A stretch of DNA of 37,220 nt from Mesotaenium endlicherianum. Lineage: Eukaryota. Below, piece after piece: positions 1 to 11,300 of the stretch; position 1 is the stretch's first letter, and each line of letters begins with the position of its first letter. The notes under the pieces were generated by a model. It saw only the letters and a list, made by a program, of their open reading frames with translations, did no database searches and was not told the origin of the DNA. The stretch is taken from contig WELA01001939.1 in assembly GCA_009602735.1 (NCBI GenBank), forward strand, positions 306,106 to 343,325, written 5' to 3'. Made by a program: the position numbers and the translations under genes.

Positions 1-246
1 AGTCCTAATAGTTCAGTTGACTGACGACGGCTCCGCCTACCCAGGAGTTAACCACACTGGTAGGACATCGGTTTACCGAATCTCAGTCGACCTTCCGACT
101 TTCAGTATACTGCGGTCACATGTGCCAATCTACAAATAATGATCTAAATGAATGTATCTATCCTCAGCGTACTGAAGCTAAGTATACTGACTAATATCAA
201 GCGAGCTTACTCTAGGTCAACCTACTGATATTACATCCTATATATC

Positions 247-362
247 TCAGCAAACTATACTATGATACAAAAGTCATCCTGTTGACCTTCTCAACAAAGT
301 CAGCAAACTACATTGTGATACAAAAGTCATCCTGCTGACCTTTTTGACAAAGTAAGTAAACT
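247..362. repeat. 53-bp imperfect tandem repeat (~2.2 copies)
   Basis: tcagcaaacta...tgatacaaaagtcatcctg(t/c)tgacctt...acaaag occurs at 247 and 300, with a partial third copy at 353. Confidence 0.85.
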
Positions 363-1658
363 CGCATTACATTGACATACATTCATTTAGATGAACTTGC
401 ACATGTGAGCATATTGACATAATACTTATTTAGTGTTATATTTATGTATGCAATTAATTAAATAAATGATGAACTGATTCATTACAGGCATTCTCGAAGT
501 TAGAGGAAAGACCTGAAGAACTCCACGTGGCAAAAGTCAAATGTGCCATTTTTAGGTCAAAAGGACATGTGTACATTATTCTAGAAAGAAGTGGCAAGTT
601 TTGGGATGTGTTGGGTGCCAACACATCAACATACACCTTCCTAGAAATTACTTATGTAGCAAGTGTATAAACAAGAGCTAGAACATAGGAAGACATTCCA
701 GAATCACTCTTGTATATTAACTTTCAAGAAGCCATCTCTCTTTCAAGAAGCTACCACTTGTGTTCAAATATCCTTGTCTTGAATAGATAAAGTATTATAC
801 TTCACTAAGTACTTTATCTATCTGTTTCACTACACTCGTTGTGACATTGAAATCGTCATTTTTATTTTATTTTAATTTATTGTTGTGCAAGGGCGATTGA
901 AGAGCCATGGCCCTTGGCAGGAGGGGAGTGGGGGGCGGACCAGCCAAGGTGAGTGGCGTCGACCCTCCCTCGTCTTTTTACTACATGGTCGGACATGGCG
1001 CGAGGGGCCTCTCTTGCTTGGCCCCGCCTTTATACGTGATAGTTAATTTGTTTCTACGGCGATGGGCGCCGTCGATTTCATCGATGTTTTTATTTTTGTT
1101 GGAAGTTTTCAGTTTGTCGTCATCGTTCGGGGGCGTTCGTGAGGGGAAGTTTGCGGCCCCCTCACAGAATCCCCACCAGGATCGAGAACGAGAACGAGAA
1201 CGTGCGGTAGTTTACTATCGTCAGTAAGGCGCCCCTCGCGTAACTTCTGTGAGGGGGAAATTAGTAAGGGCCCTTGCGCGTGTGGGCGCTGGCCCATACG
1301 CGTTCAAAATTGGAAATTTACGACGCGGATGTGTTCGTTGTAGTCGCGTTTTTTTCTCTGCGGCTCGCCCTTTTGCAACCGCCATAAATTAGGGCTTCGC
1401 CATGACTAATTTCTCTTCTCCGCTTTCACTTAGACAGTGTGCCCTTACGGCGCTTTTCGTGAGCGGCCATGGCGAGGAGGAGCGAGGCGGAGCTTTGCCT
1501 TGGTCGCGAGGTAGCTCGTCATGGGGCGTGGGAGAGGGCGCTCACCCTCGTTAGAAGGGTGCGTGGGGTCAAGAGCTTGGGAGGGAACGCTGGTGGGCAG
1601 CCATGCTTGGTGAGCGCAACGGCGAGTGGCCATGGCCGCCTGCTTGTTATTAAGGTGT

Positions 1659-1659
<1 letters not shown>

Positions 1660-1745
<86 letters not shown>

Positions 1746-1791
1746 NNNNNNNNNNNNNNNNNNNNNNNNNNNNNNNNNNNNNNNNNNNNNN

Positions 1792-1854
<63 letters not shown>
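1660..1854. repeat. (GA)n microsatellite spanning an assembly gap (N 1746-1791)
   Basis: A pure AG dinucleotide run lies on both sides of 46 Ns. Confidence 0.97.
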
Positions 1855-1857
<3 letters not shown>

Positions 1858-3323
1858 GAAGGAGCAGGCATGGCGGAGGGCCGGAAGGAGAAAGGGAGGA
1901 AGGGAGAGAGAATGGAAGGTCCTTGCGTCAACATCGAGCGTCGACAGCGATCGCGTTGTTTCGATGCTCAATTTTGGCCGCGATCGTTAGGAGGGTCTTT
2001 GTGAGGGGAAAAAACTCGGTCCTCTCACAAACAAGAACATTGATCGAGTATGAGAGACAGAATGTTAAAGATGGTTAAGGACACAGTACAAGGACAACGC
2101 AATTGACGTGAAGAGTTGCCGCGATTGAAAGCTCTTGGACGGTGCGGCACGCGTGGCAAAATTCACGGCGAGCTCTAGGAAAACTCTATGTAATATTGCC
2201 CAAATATCTTTTCCGCCCATGTATTTCTCCATATGGTTCAAGGGATGAATAAGTTAGCACCCACAACATTTTTTGGGGCAATTAAAGAAGAAGCCATGGC
2301 TTTACACCCTTTTTGGTGACCTCGGGTATGACACACTCTTCACATGAAATTTGAGTCTTAACCTGAACGTCAAACTTCACTCTTTTGACTCTAACTTTGT
2401 CGGTAAGGATTAGAAGACCATTACATATTTTTCGCATGCGATTCAAGTTTGTACAATTTGTATGAACCATAGATTGTACCATTTGGTCAACTAGCACTCT
2501 GGAGATCAACGGATAAAAATGGGGGTTAGCTAAACCATATATGGATACCTGGTGTTAACCTCGAAGTCGTCTTAAGCTTAACTTATGTCGAGTCAAGCGT
2601 CACATTCAAGTTGTCTCGTCCATGCGCGTGCTAGCCTGACAGAGAGGTCAATGATAGTGTTGACGTAGCTTTCGAGGTGACATGCCACGGTGTGGCAGCG
2701 CTGCCGTGGCAGACTTTCCAATCGGCCAGATGTTGAGGTGGCCTGATGTGCAGCTGCTGGCGTGGCCATCTCTAGCCTAACCGAGGGCAGCCCCCCGACA
2801 CGGCATACAAATTTCCACCCATCTCTAGGCGTCGGGATTGACTTGTTTTATTGGTCGTTACTCTACGCGTGTGACGGGTTGGACTGACGTCCAACGCGGA
2901 CTTTACATGTCAGCAAGGCTTAGTCAATTAAAGTCAATTGTCGACCCATCGTACCTGGGCGTGCTAAGACTTCCGTCAAGCGTGACCGACCGTCAGTGAC
3001 CGAGCCGCTTGGAACCAGCTTGGAACAGATTAATATATCAATTTCGGTCGCTTTCACTCCAGCTATAGCACCGAAGAGCAGCGACGCCTTCCTAGATGCT
3101 TCTGCTCACTCCTCACTGCTTAAGTGCATAAGCCTTGAACGGTAATTTGTCTGTCAAGAGGACAAAGAGCATGTGCGAGTGCAGAGCGATAGTCATCCTA
3201 GATTACAAAAATAGCATCGCGCCGAAATCAGCGCGTTAATACGGAAAATTAGCAAGTCTAGCATGCGGTGAAGCTTTTTGGAGTCTATCGCATGATAGTT
3301 TTCTGTTCGGCACCAGAGGAAAG

Positions 3324-6300
3324 ATGTCCATTGACGCCAATGGAGCATCTGAACAGCTTGATACTAATGTGCAAATTTGTAGTACCAATGAAATCAACAG
3401 CAACGTGCCCCATAGTACACGAGGAAGTCACGCCTTTCGGAAGCGCGTTAAGCAACTTGTGAATCGCATAGGCTCTTCAATATGGTTGAAGTTATCGCTG
3501 TTCGTAGGACTCCTCGTTCTAGGCACGTCGGGAGTTCTTGCATTTGTGCTGTGGGCCAAAGCGCAGAGGGCGCTGGTTGACGGCATAGAGCTCCGCCTAA
3601 AAACTGTCGTCACTTTAAAAGCGGAACAGGTATATCTCCCCAGTCGTACACATAACTGGTATGTGTTGTCAGTCATTGCTTTATATTGCAACAACCAGTT
3701 GTCGATTTGACAGCACAAACGTGATAGTGATTTAAATTAAGCTGTGGCAGATAAGCTGAGGTATCGTTAGCTTTGCATGTTCGTAATGTTCATGCATCAG
3801 CGAGTCGCAGGCAGGTACTTGTGATCAAGTCATTATTTATCTCAAAAATCCCCTGTAAGTGTGCATGAGCACTGGCACCCAGCCACTTATCATGCAAAGC
3901 TCTATCTCAACCGCGCTGCATCATGTACCATCTTTAAGTGCCGTAACGTTCTGTTGGCTGTGCTATGATGATGACGATTTTGAGGGGATCCAAGAAAGTT
4001 ATCAGTCAAGGTTAGCTGTTCTAGTGTGAAAGATGCAGAGCCTAGATTCGAAGAAGGGAGTATGCTAAGCACGTGGGGCTAGTTGTCATTGTATCCTCGC
4101 AGATAAACTCATTTGCAAATGGCGGGATCAGCAAAATGGAGCTCGTTGCTTCAAGGGTTGTCCTGCGATCAGTTTTGGTCGACCTGCATGCCAATGGTAC
4201 CCGGAACCCAGTCGATGTGGCAAGAGGTGTTCAAGACTTACAATCTGCCATTGTATCCATCCCGCAGTACTTGTGGGTTGCAGCTGTTGATACTGAGGTA
4301 AACTCCAATTTGCCCTCTGATCTCTTTGTTAGCACCCTCACAAGGCGCCTGGGCTCAAAAGATGGCCATAGCTTATATGGTAGAGGAAGTCATGGAGGTC
4401 CAGCTATGCTATCGGTGACTGTGGCTCCAGCATGCATTAATTCTGGGACATACTTTTTTTTTCAAAGAAATATCTGATATCTCTCTCACGTCTTTGCACG
4501 AGCCTGAGCTGACCACCAGTGTCTCACTTTTGTGACATCAGGGAGTGGTGGCATTCAGCTCTCTGGAGAATGACACTGGCACGCAGCTCATAACCAGGGC
4601 TGAGCTCAACAGTCGGGGGGAGCAAGGCTACTTGGGACCACCATACAAGAGCTCCCAGCATGAAGGTCTTTTTGTTGCAAATGTGACTGCTCCCATCTTC
4701 CAGAATGTGAGTCGGGCGCTTTGTGCGCATCAAACTTGAGCCTTTTCTCTGATATGTGTCATAATGCAAGGTACCCCTATGAGTTATATACGCCAAGGTT
4801 CTGCTGGAGGAGTTTGCAGCTTCATGCTGGAGTAGCCCAAGGGTAGCTTGAACATGATCGGTTCAGAAAATAGTAAACTCACAATGGATGTCTTCCTCCT
4901 CACTGAAACTCATCAAGCACCTTCTACAAGTGTCTGTTCACTGAAAGGACGTGCCTTGAAGGAACGAATATACATTCGGATGTTGCCCCTTACTGACATC
5001 AAGGTCGTAGATATGGTCAGAGCTGGAGGATGTAGGTACACCTTTACCAATGTAATAAAATGACCTGTCCCAAAGGCTGAGCCCACTTTCTTAAGAAACC
5101 CTTTGGCATAAATTGTTAGCCATAGGCAGCCGCAAAGTGCCGAGCTGATCTGCGCGGCGAAAATTGCGTGGCGTAGGTAATTAATTAGAGTAGAGAGAGC
5201 AACGGAGCCTTTTCTGGCTTCAGGTGACTTTGTGACGCGACTCTGTTGCATGTTGTTTCTGGGCAGTTTGTGGAGCCAGTATAGCAGCTTACCCTGGATT
5301 TTGAGCAACTTCGCGCGCCTGTATTCTGCTGGGATTGCTTCCGACTGTACTTCTGGAAGACTCATTTTTAGCACTCGCTGAATGCAGGCTGCTTAATCTT
5401 CTTCTCCAACTGTGTGGGCAGAATGTCCGGATAGGAAGCCTGTTTGCTGTGTTGAACGCCACTGCCCTCAAAGTGCTCATGTACTCTCAGACCGGTGAGT
5501 AACTTCCAACAACTTGCGCTGCATCATACCAGCTGTCTCTACATATAACGCTGGATCTTCTCATTGTTGCGTCACGTCCTTCTGTTGCTTTTGCTAGGAG
5601 AGCGATCAGATTACATTTTCAGGCAGCACTTCAGTGGATTATTGCGGGTACTTCCACTGGCTTCCCGCGGCACATCCTCTGAGTGTAACACATGTTAACG
5701 ATTGCGTCTGAGTTCACACTGGCGACACTGAAGCTTTTGGCGTCCCTGGAACACAGGGCTGAATAGTAGGTTCTGGCAGATGCCGAGGTTTATTGTCTGC
5801 AGAGTACCCCCTTCTGAGAGAGGTGATGTGTGAATGGCTGTGACAGGACTGCAGTCCTCAGGCGAAATCACCTCGGGGTACACGACCCCCGCCAGCGACA
5901 GGATAATGTTTGTCTTGCCGCCCCGTCTGGACCCCAGTGTGGTCTCCACAGACAAGGACAAGCCCCTGCACCTGGCCATAGAGGGGAAGACGGGCTACTT
6001 GAGCGGGGTCAGGGACTACCGAGGAGTAAAAGTTGCGCTCGCTTACGCTCCTGTGGGCTACCAGAATTGGGGTAAGTACATCCTGCCAGCGCTCGCGTAT
6101 CGTCTCAGGACATGAACCAAAGCTTCTGCATTATCCCGCCTGCCCCCCCCTGCTGTCATTTGGAAAGGCTAAGGGATCGTGTGGAAAAGACTAGGAGGCC
6201 AAAGTGATGGATTTCGTCATGCTTCTTGCAGGGCCCCTGCCCGTCGCATGTCAAGTACACCTGCTACCTTGCTTATGGCCTCTTGGGTTCTGCTCAATCG

Positions 6301-8301
6301 CCGCCAGCCCTGGGTTTTAGTCCAATCCGGGGTTTATTCCAGCCCGAGTGTTGGATCAGTTGCTCGGTTGTTTGGAGTTGGGAGATAAAATCGGCTGTCT
6401 GCTCGGCCAGCTAATGCATAGTCATGGCACGGCAGCCCTCCCGGCGTTGGCCGCAGCTGCACCCTCTGCAGCTAAGCCTTAACCCCAAACCTTGGCTTCC
6501 CGTGTCGACTCACCCTGAGTGCAGGAGCGGTGGCCAAAGAGGACGAGCATCAGGCATATGGGCCTGTGAAGAGATTCAAGGACACCATCGTGATCAGCAT
6601 CGTGTGTATCCTCTTTGCCGGCCTCATCGCCTCCTATATCCTCTCCAAGGTGCGCTTTTGTCCGCGTGCTGCTTCCACCCGCACTTCAGTCCATAATCTC
6701 TGTGCGGCTCCCTTGTGCCGCGGCTGCATGCTAAGTCTCCACAAATAACACTTCGAGATGGTCCCTTGCAGGGCTGGATGATCATATCACCGGCGATGTT
6801 GCCCCTTGGAGTACCTGAGAATGGGTTTGTCTGGCTTTTCTTTCTCCTAGTTAGATAGGTGGGTGAGAGTTGCCCTGCAGGATCTAACTTTCAGAAAATG
6901 AAAAAGGTGAGAACGAAGCGTCTGTGCAAGAAGAATGTTACAACTTTCGAGAGATGTGGAGCCCAATGGATACGAGAGAGTGTGGGGGTCAAGGGGGTCA
7001 AGGGGGTCAAGGATGTCTGTTGCGTTGCCCATCTGGGACTGAAGTTGACGGCTTTCCACCCGTCTTCTTCCACCTTGTCTTCCGCGTGTGCGGCCTCAAC
7101 ACGTGCCGGAGCATATAATATATTAGACTTGTGGCCAGACAATGTGCAACGCTGATTCCTGGCCTAGAAATTCCGAAGAAGGATGATGTACGGGAAAATA
7201 CTTTGGCTGCATATTTTGTTGTGAAGATGGACCAATTATGCCGACGATGGCCCTTGTTTGATTTGTACGTGGGTTGAGGATGTAGCCTTTGCTACAGCGC
7301 GGCTGGTCCCCTCAAGGTGACGGGAGGTTCTTGCTGCTAGTCTGCATATTCGATACGTGAAGTCTGTATGCTGACAAGAGTTGCTGAGATGTCCAGGTGC
7401 CAATGCTCTCTCATCCTTTATTGTGCCGTCTATTTTTGGAAAGAGGTTGCATACCACTCCCCCTTATTGCTTATTCCTGGCTTGAACGATGCACGCTCAG
7501 TTTCCCTTCCCTCTTGACTGCTCCAGAGACATGTTGTATGTGTCTGTGTGTGTGTGTGATGTGCTACGCGCAGATAGCAACGGCCCCCATCGTGCACCTG
7601 TCCAAAGCGGCGGGGGCCCTGGCCGCGGGCGACATGAACGCGCGCGCCAGCCGGCGGCACCGCAAGTGGGAGGATGAGATTGACGCCCTCCGCCACACGT
7701 TCAACAACATGGCGGACCAGCTGTCCACCGCTTACAGCACATTGGAATCCAAGGTGTGTGAAGATCACTGCTTTCTCCCCGCGCCCCCTCAGCTCCTGCC
7801 CTGCCCTCCCCCCATTTCTTTTTTTAAAGCTCGTCCCGCTCTCCTCCTCTTTTTCCATTCCTGAAGCTTACACAATCTCAGGGTTTGAAATTAGGGTTTG
7901 TACGCACGAATACTCACGAGCCTCAAGCAACAGTCGCCCCTTGTTGTCCAGTTGCCCTCGTGCTGACGGCCGCGCGGGAGACGGCCCCGCCCTTCCGGGT
8001 GCTTGTTGTGGGCGCGTGATGGTGGCATGGTGGTGGCCTGACGCGAGCGGGCCCTGCCTGTGCCCGCTTCATCGCTCGCTCACCCGCTCGCGGCTGTGGG
8101 CGGGTACGCGCCGTGCCCGTGCCCGTGCCCGTGTGCACGCATGCGCAGGTGGAGGAGCGCACGGCGGAGCTGGCGCGCGCCAACCAGGTGCTGGCGCGCG
8201 AGGTGGCGGAGCGCACCAAGATGGAGCGCGAGCTGCAGGCTGCGCGCAACGTGGCGGTGGCGGCAGACCGCATGAAGTCGGAGTGGATCGCCAACATGTC
8301 A

Positions 8302-8334
<33 letters not shown>

Positions 8335-11300
8335 AACTGCACGGAGCTGTGCCTGGGCACGCCGCCGCTCACGGACGAGCAGCACGAGTACCTGGAGCTC
8401 GTGAGCGCGCGCATCCCCCCCCAGCCTGCCTCTGCCTGCCTGCCTGCGTGCCCATTTCCCCCCCTTCGACCCTTCCCCCCCTTCTCTCTTCCCCATTCCT
8501 CCTTTCCACTTCCCCCTTCCCCTCGCCACCTCTGTTCCCCCTCTTCACTTCTTTCTCTTCCTTTCAGAAGTCAATGAAACTGCCTTCTCTCTCCTTTCTC
8601 TTCCCCTCCTTTCTCTTCCTTCTAGGGCACATGGGACCTGAGCAGAGTGACCCCAGGCACTTGTGACCTCCTGGGGGGATGAAGAGAAACAAACACGAAA
8701 CTCGCGCTGCATGCCTGTTGGCTAGAGAGAGCGGGATTTCCCTGCATGCGTGCCTGCACCTAGTGCGGGGGCGTGTTGAGTTTACAGATGAAAAGTGCGC
8801 TTATGGGGCTGCACGTGCTGGGAAGGGCAGGGGCCTCGAGCGGAGCACGAGGGCAAGGGAGGGAAAGAGAGGTTGTTTTGGGGAGGGGGGTGCTTTGGCT
8901 TCGTTAGGAATGCTCCTTTTAGTGAAGTTGTTGTAAGCACGTGGCCTGTCTGTCCTCCACTGGCGCTGACAGAAGCTGGGATGGTATGGGCTGGGCTGGG
9001 CCGGGTGCGTGCATCTGGATGGTGCGTGCCTGCGCGCGCGAGAGAGATGCAGTCGCTGTTCTCGGCCAAGCACCTGCTGCGCCTCATCAGCGACATTCTG
9101 GACTTCAGCAAGATCGAGGCGGGCAAGCTCAGCATGGAGAGCATCGAGTTCTCCCTCTACGACCAGGTGCTGCCGCTCCCGCTCCACCCTTCCGCTCTTC
9201 CCCTCCGCTCTAAGGGGACGCCGGTGCCTCCTACCCTTGTTGCCCTGGCGTGCTCTGCCCTGCTAGCTGCACTGCCCCATTCCTCGCCTTGCCGCACGTG
9301 CGTCCCCTGTGTTGAAGCTGTGGCAGGCAGGGGATGGCACCCAGTGCAGTAGGGACAGCGCAGGGCATGCCTGGCGAATGCGCAGGTGGGCGGGCGTGGC
9401 CCATCCTCGGGCTGGCTGGCTGCCCCTGCCCCGCTGGTGCAGAGGAGCTTGTGTGTGCGCTCATGCCTGATATCGTGATGCGCACCCCTGAGTGTGTGGA
9501 AAGAGAGTGGAGGCTCTGGAAAGTCGGGGGGGGGTGAGCTCGACGAAGGAGGATATCGAGAGAGCACCCAAGAGGACGCAAACTGTGTTCCTTTCACACG
9601 TCCCCGCGAGCATGCCCCCCACCGCGCGTGCGTGAATGCAGCAGCAGCTCGCGCTAACTAGTGCAGGCCGTCCGAGCAGCTGACGGAGCATTTAGTGTCT
9701 TCTTCGAGATGCTTCAACCGAGTGGGCGAATGTACGCTCAAAGCATCAGCCATCCCTGCACCCTGTGTGCTGGCCTGATTGAGGTCCCGTACCATGCCAC
9801 GGGGGGACGAGGGAAGGTGGGTGGGTTATCTGGGGGCCAATGTTACTGCAAGAGGTAGCCCTACAAGAGCCAGCTTATCAGCCAGTCAGCCAGCCAGTTG
9901 GCCGGCCGGCCAGCCAGCCAGCCAGCCAGTCGGTCAGCCAGCCAGTCGGCCAGCCAGCCAGCAGAGGAGTGAGGGGCCTGCTAATGGGGGCTCTGTTTTT
10001 TCGTTGCATGACGCGCGTGCGTGCAGATGGAGCACGCGGTGGCGGTGCTGGCGACGCGCGCGCACAGCAAGGGGCTGGAGCTGCTGGCGCACCCGCGCGC
10101 GCGCGTGCCCGACCACGTCGTGGGCGACCCCTCGCGCCTCTTCCAGATCTTCGTCAACCTCATTGGTCTCTTTCCCTCCCCCGCCAAACCCTCCATCCCA
10201 ACCCCCTCCCTTCCTCCCTGCCTCCCTTCCCACCTCCTCTCCCCTCCCTGCGTTGCTCCTTGGGCTTGACTCTCCTCACCCATGCAAGTTTGTCTTCTTA
10301 GTAGTATGCCCCCTCTCGGTACTGTCTGGCAATGTAAGTCAACCTCATCCTTGCTGGCTGCAGCACTCTTCTTTGGAGAAAAAACAACAAGATGGTGCAG
10401 GTGTGTAATTCCGTCTCGTCCCGTCCCCCGTCCAGTGCACCTTGGCAGGCTGAGTGGGACATGCTCAGCAGCTACCAAGGACTCACTCTGGAGTCGAGGG
10501 ATAGAGCCCACGCTCGTGGCTGACGTCACGCACCACCCGCCTTGCGTCGTGCATGCCAGCCGTGGCGTGGTAGCCTTTGTCACCCCCACCCCAGCGCAGG
10601 GGGGAAGCGAGCTTTGGGCAAATGTATGAGGGAGTGAGCATTGTCTGCCAGACGAGCATTGCTGGCGGGCGTCTTTGGTCAGCAAGCGCTGCTACTTGGC
10701 AACGCCATCTTGAGCAGGCGGTTGCTTGTTGTTTGCATGCCTAGTCAGGTGCAGAGCCACCCCCCTGTTGCTGGTGAGAGTGACAGGGAGAACCCAGGCA
10801 GGAGAGGGGGAAAGGGGGGGGGGAGAGAAATGCATGGGCTGTCACACTGACGTGCACACGCGTTAGGGACACAACTCAGAAACTCTGCGCTTCTAGGTGC
10901 TTGCCAACCACAGAGGCTTTCTGCCAACTGCTCTCGCATCCCGACGCCCGCTGCCACCTTTCACACAATTGGAGAGGCATGCACGCCACAACGCGCCTGG
11001 CAACTTTCACTCTATCTCGCGGCTGCTCGCCTGGGCCACTTACACGATTTGTCTTTTTTCTCCCGCCCTGCATGCCTGGCGGGCGGGCTGGCAGGCAACA
11101 GCATCAAATTCACCAACAAGGGCCAGATCCTGCTCTCCGCTGCCGTCCACCACGAAGCCGGCGGGCCGCCACCGACGACGGCGGCAGCCGGCTCGCCCGC
11201 GTCGGAGGTGGAGCTCGTCTTCACCGTGCACGACACAGGTGCGTGTGTGAGCATAGTTTGTGTGGGTGGGCATGCGTGTGTGGGTGCGCGTGCGTGCACG

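Noticed and set aside
247..362. Spaced repeats as a CRISPR array
   Set aside because: They are adjacent tandem units without unique spacers, in a eukaryotic context with no cas genes.
1469..1990. ORFs with (ER)n / (LS)n runs
   Set aside because: They are translations of the GA microsatellite across an N gap.
7879..7900. Telomere-like AGGGTTT / TTAGGGTTT motifs
   Set aside because: There are only two isolated units deep in an intron, not an array and not in a promoter position.
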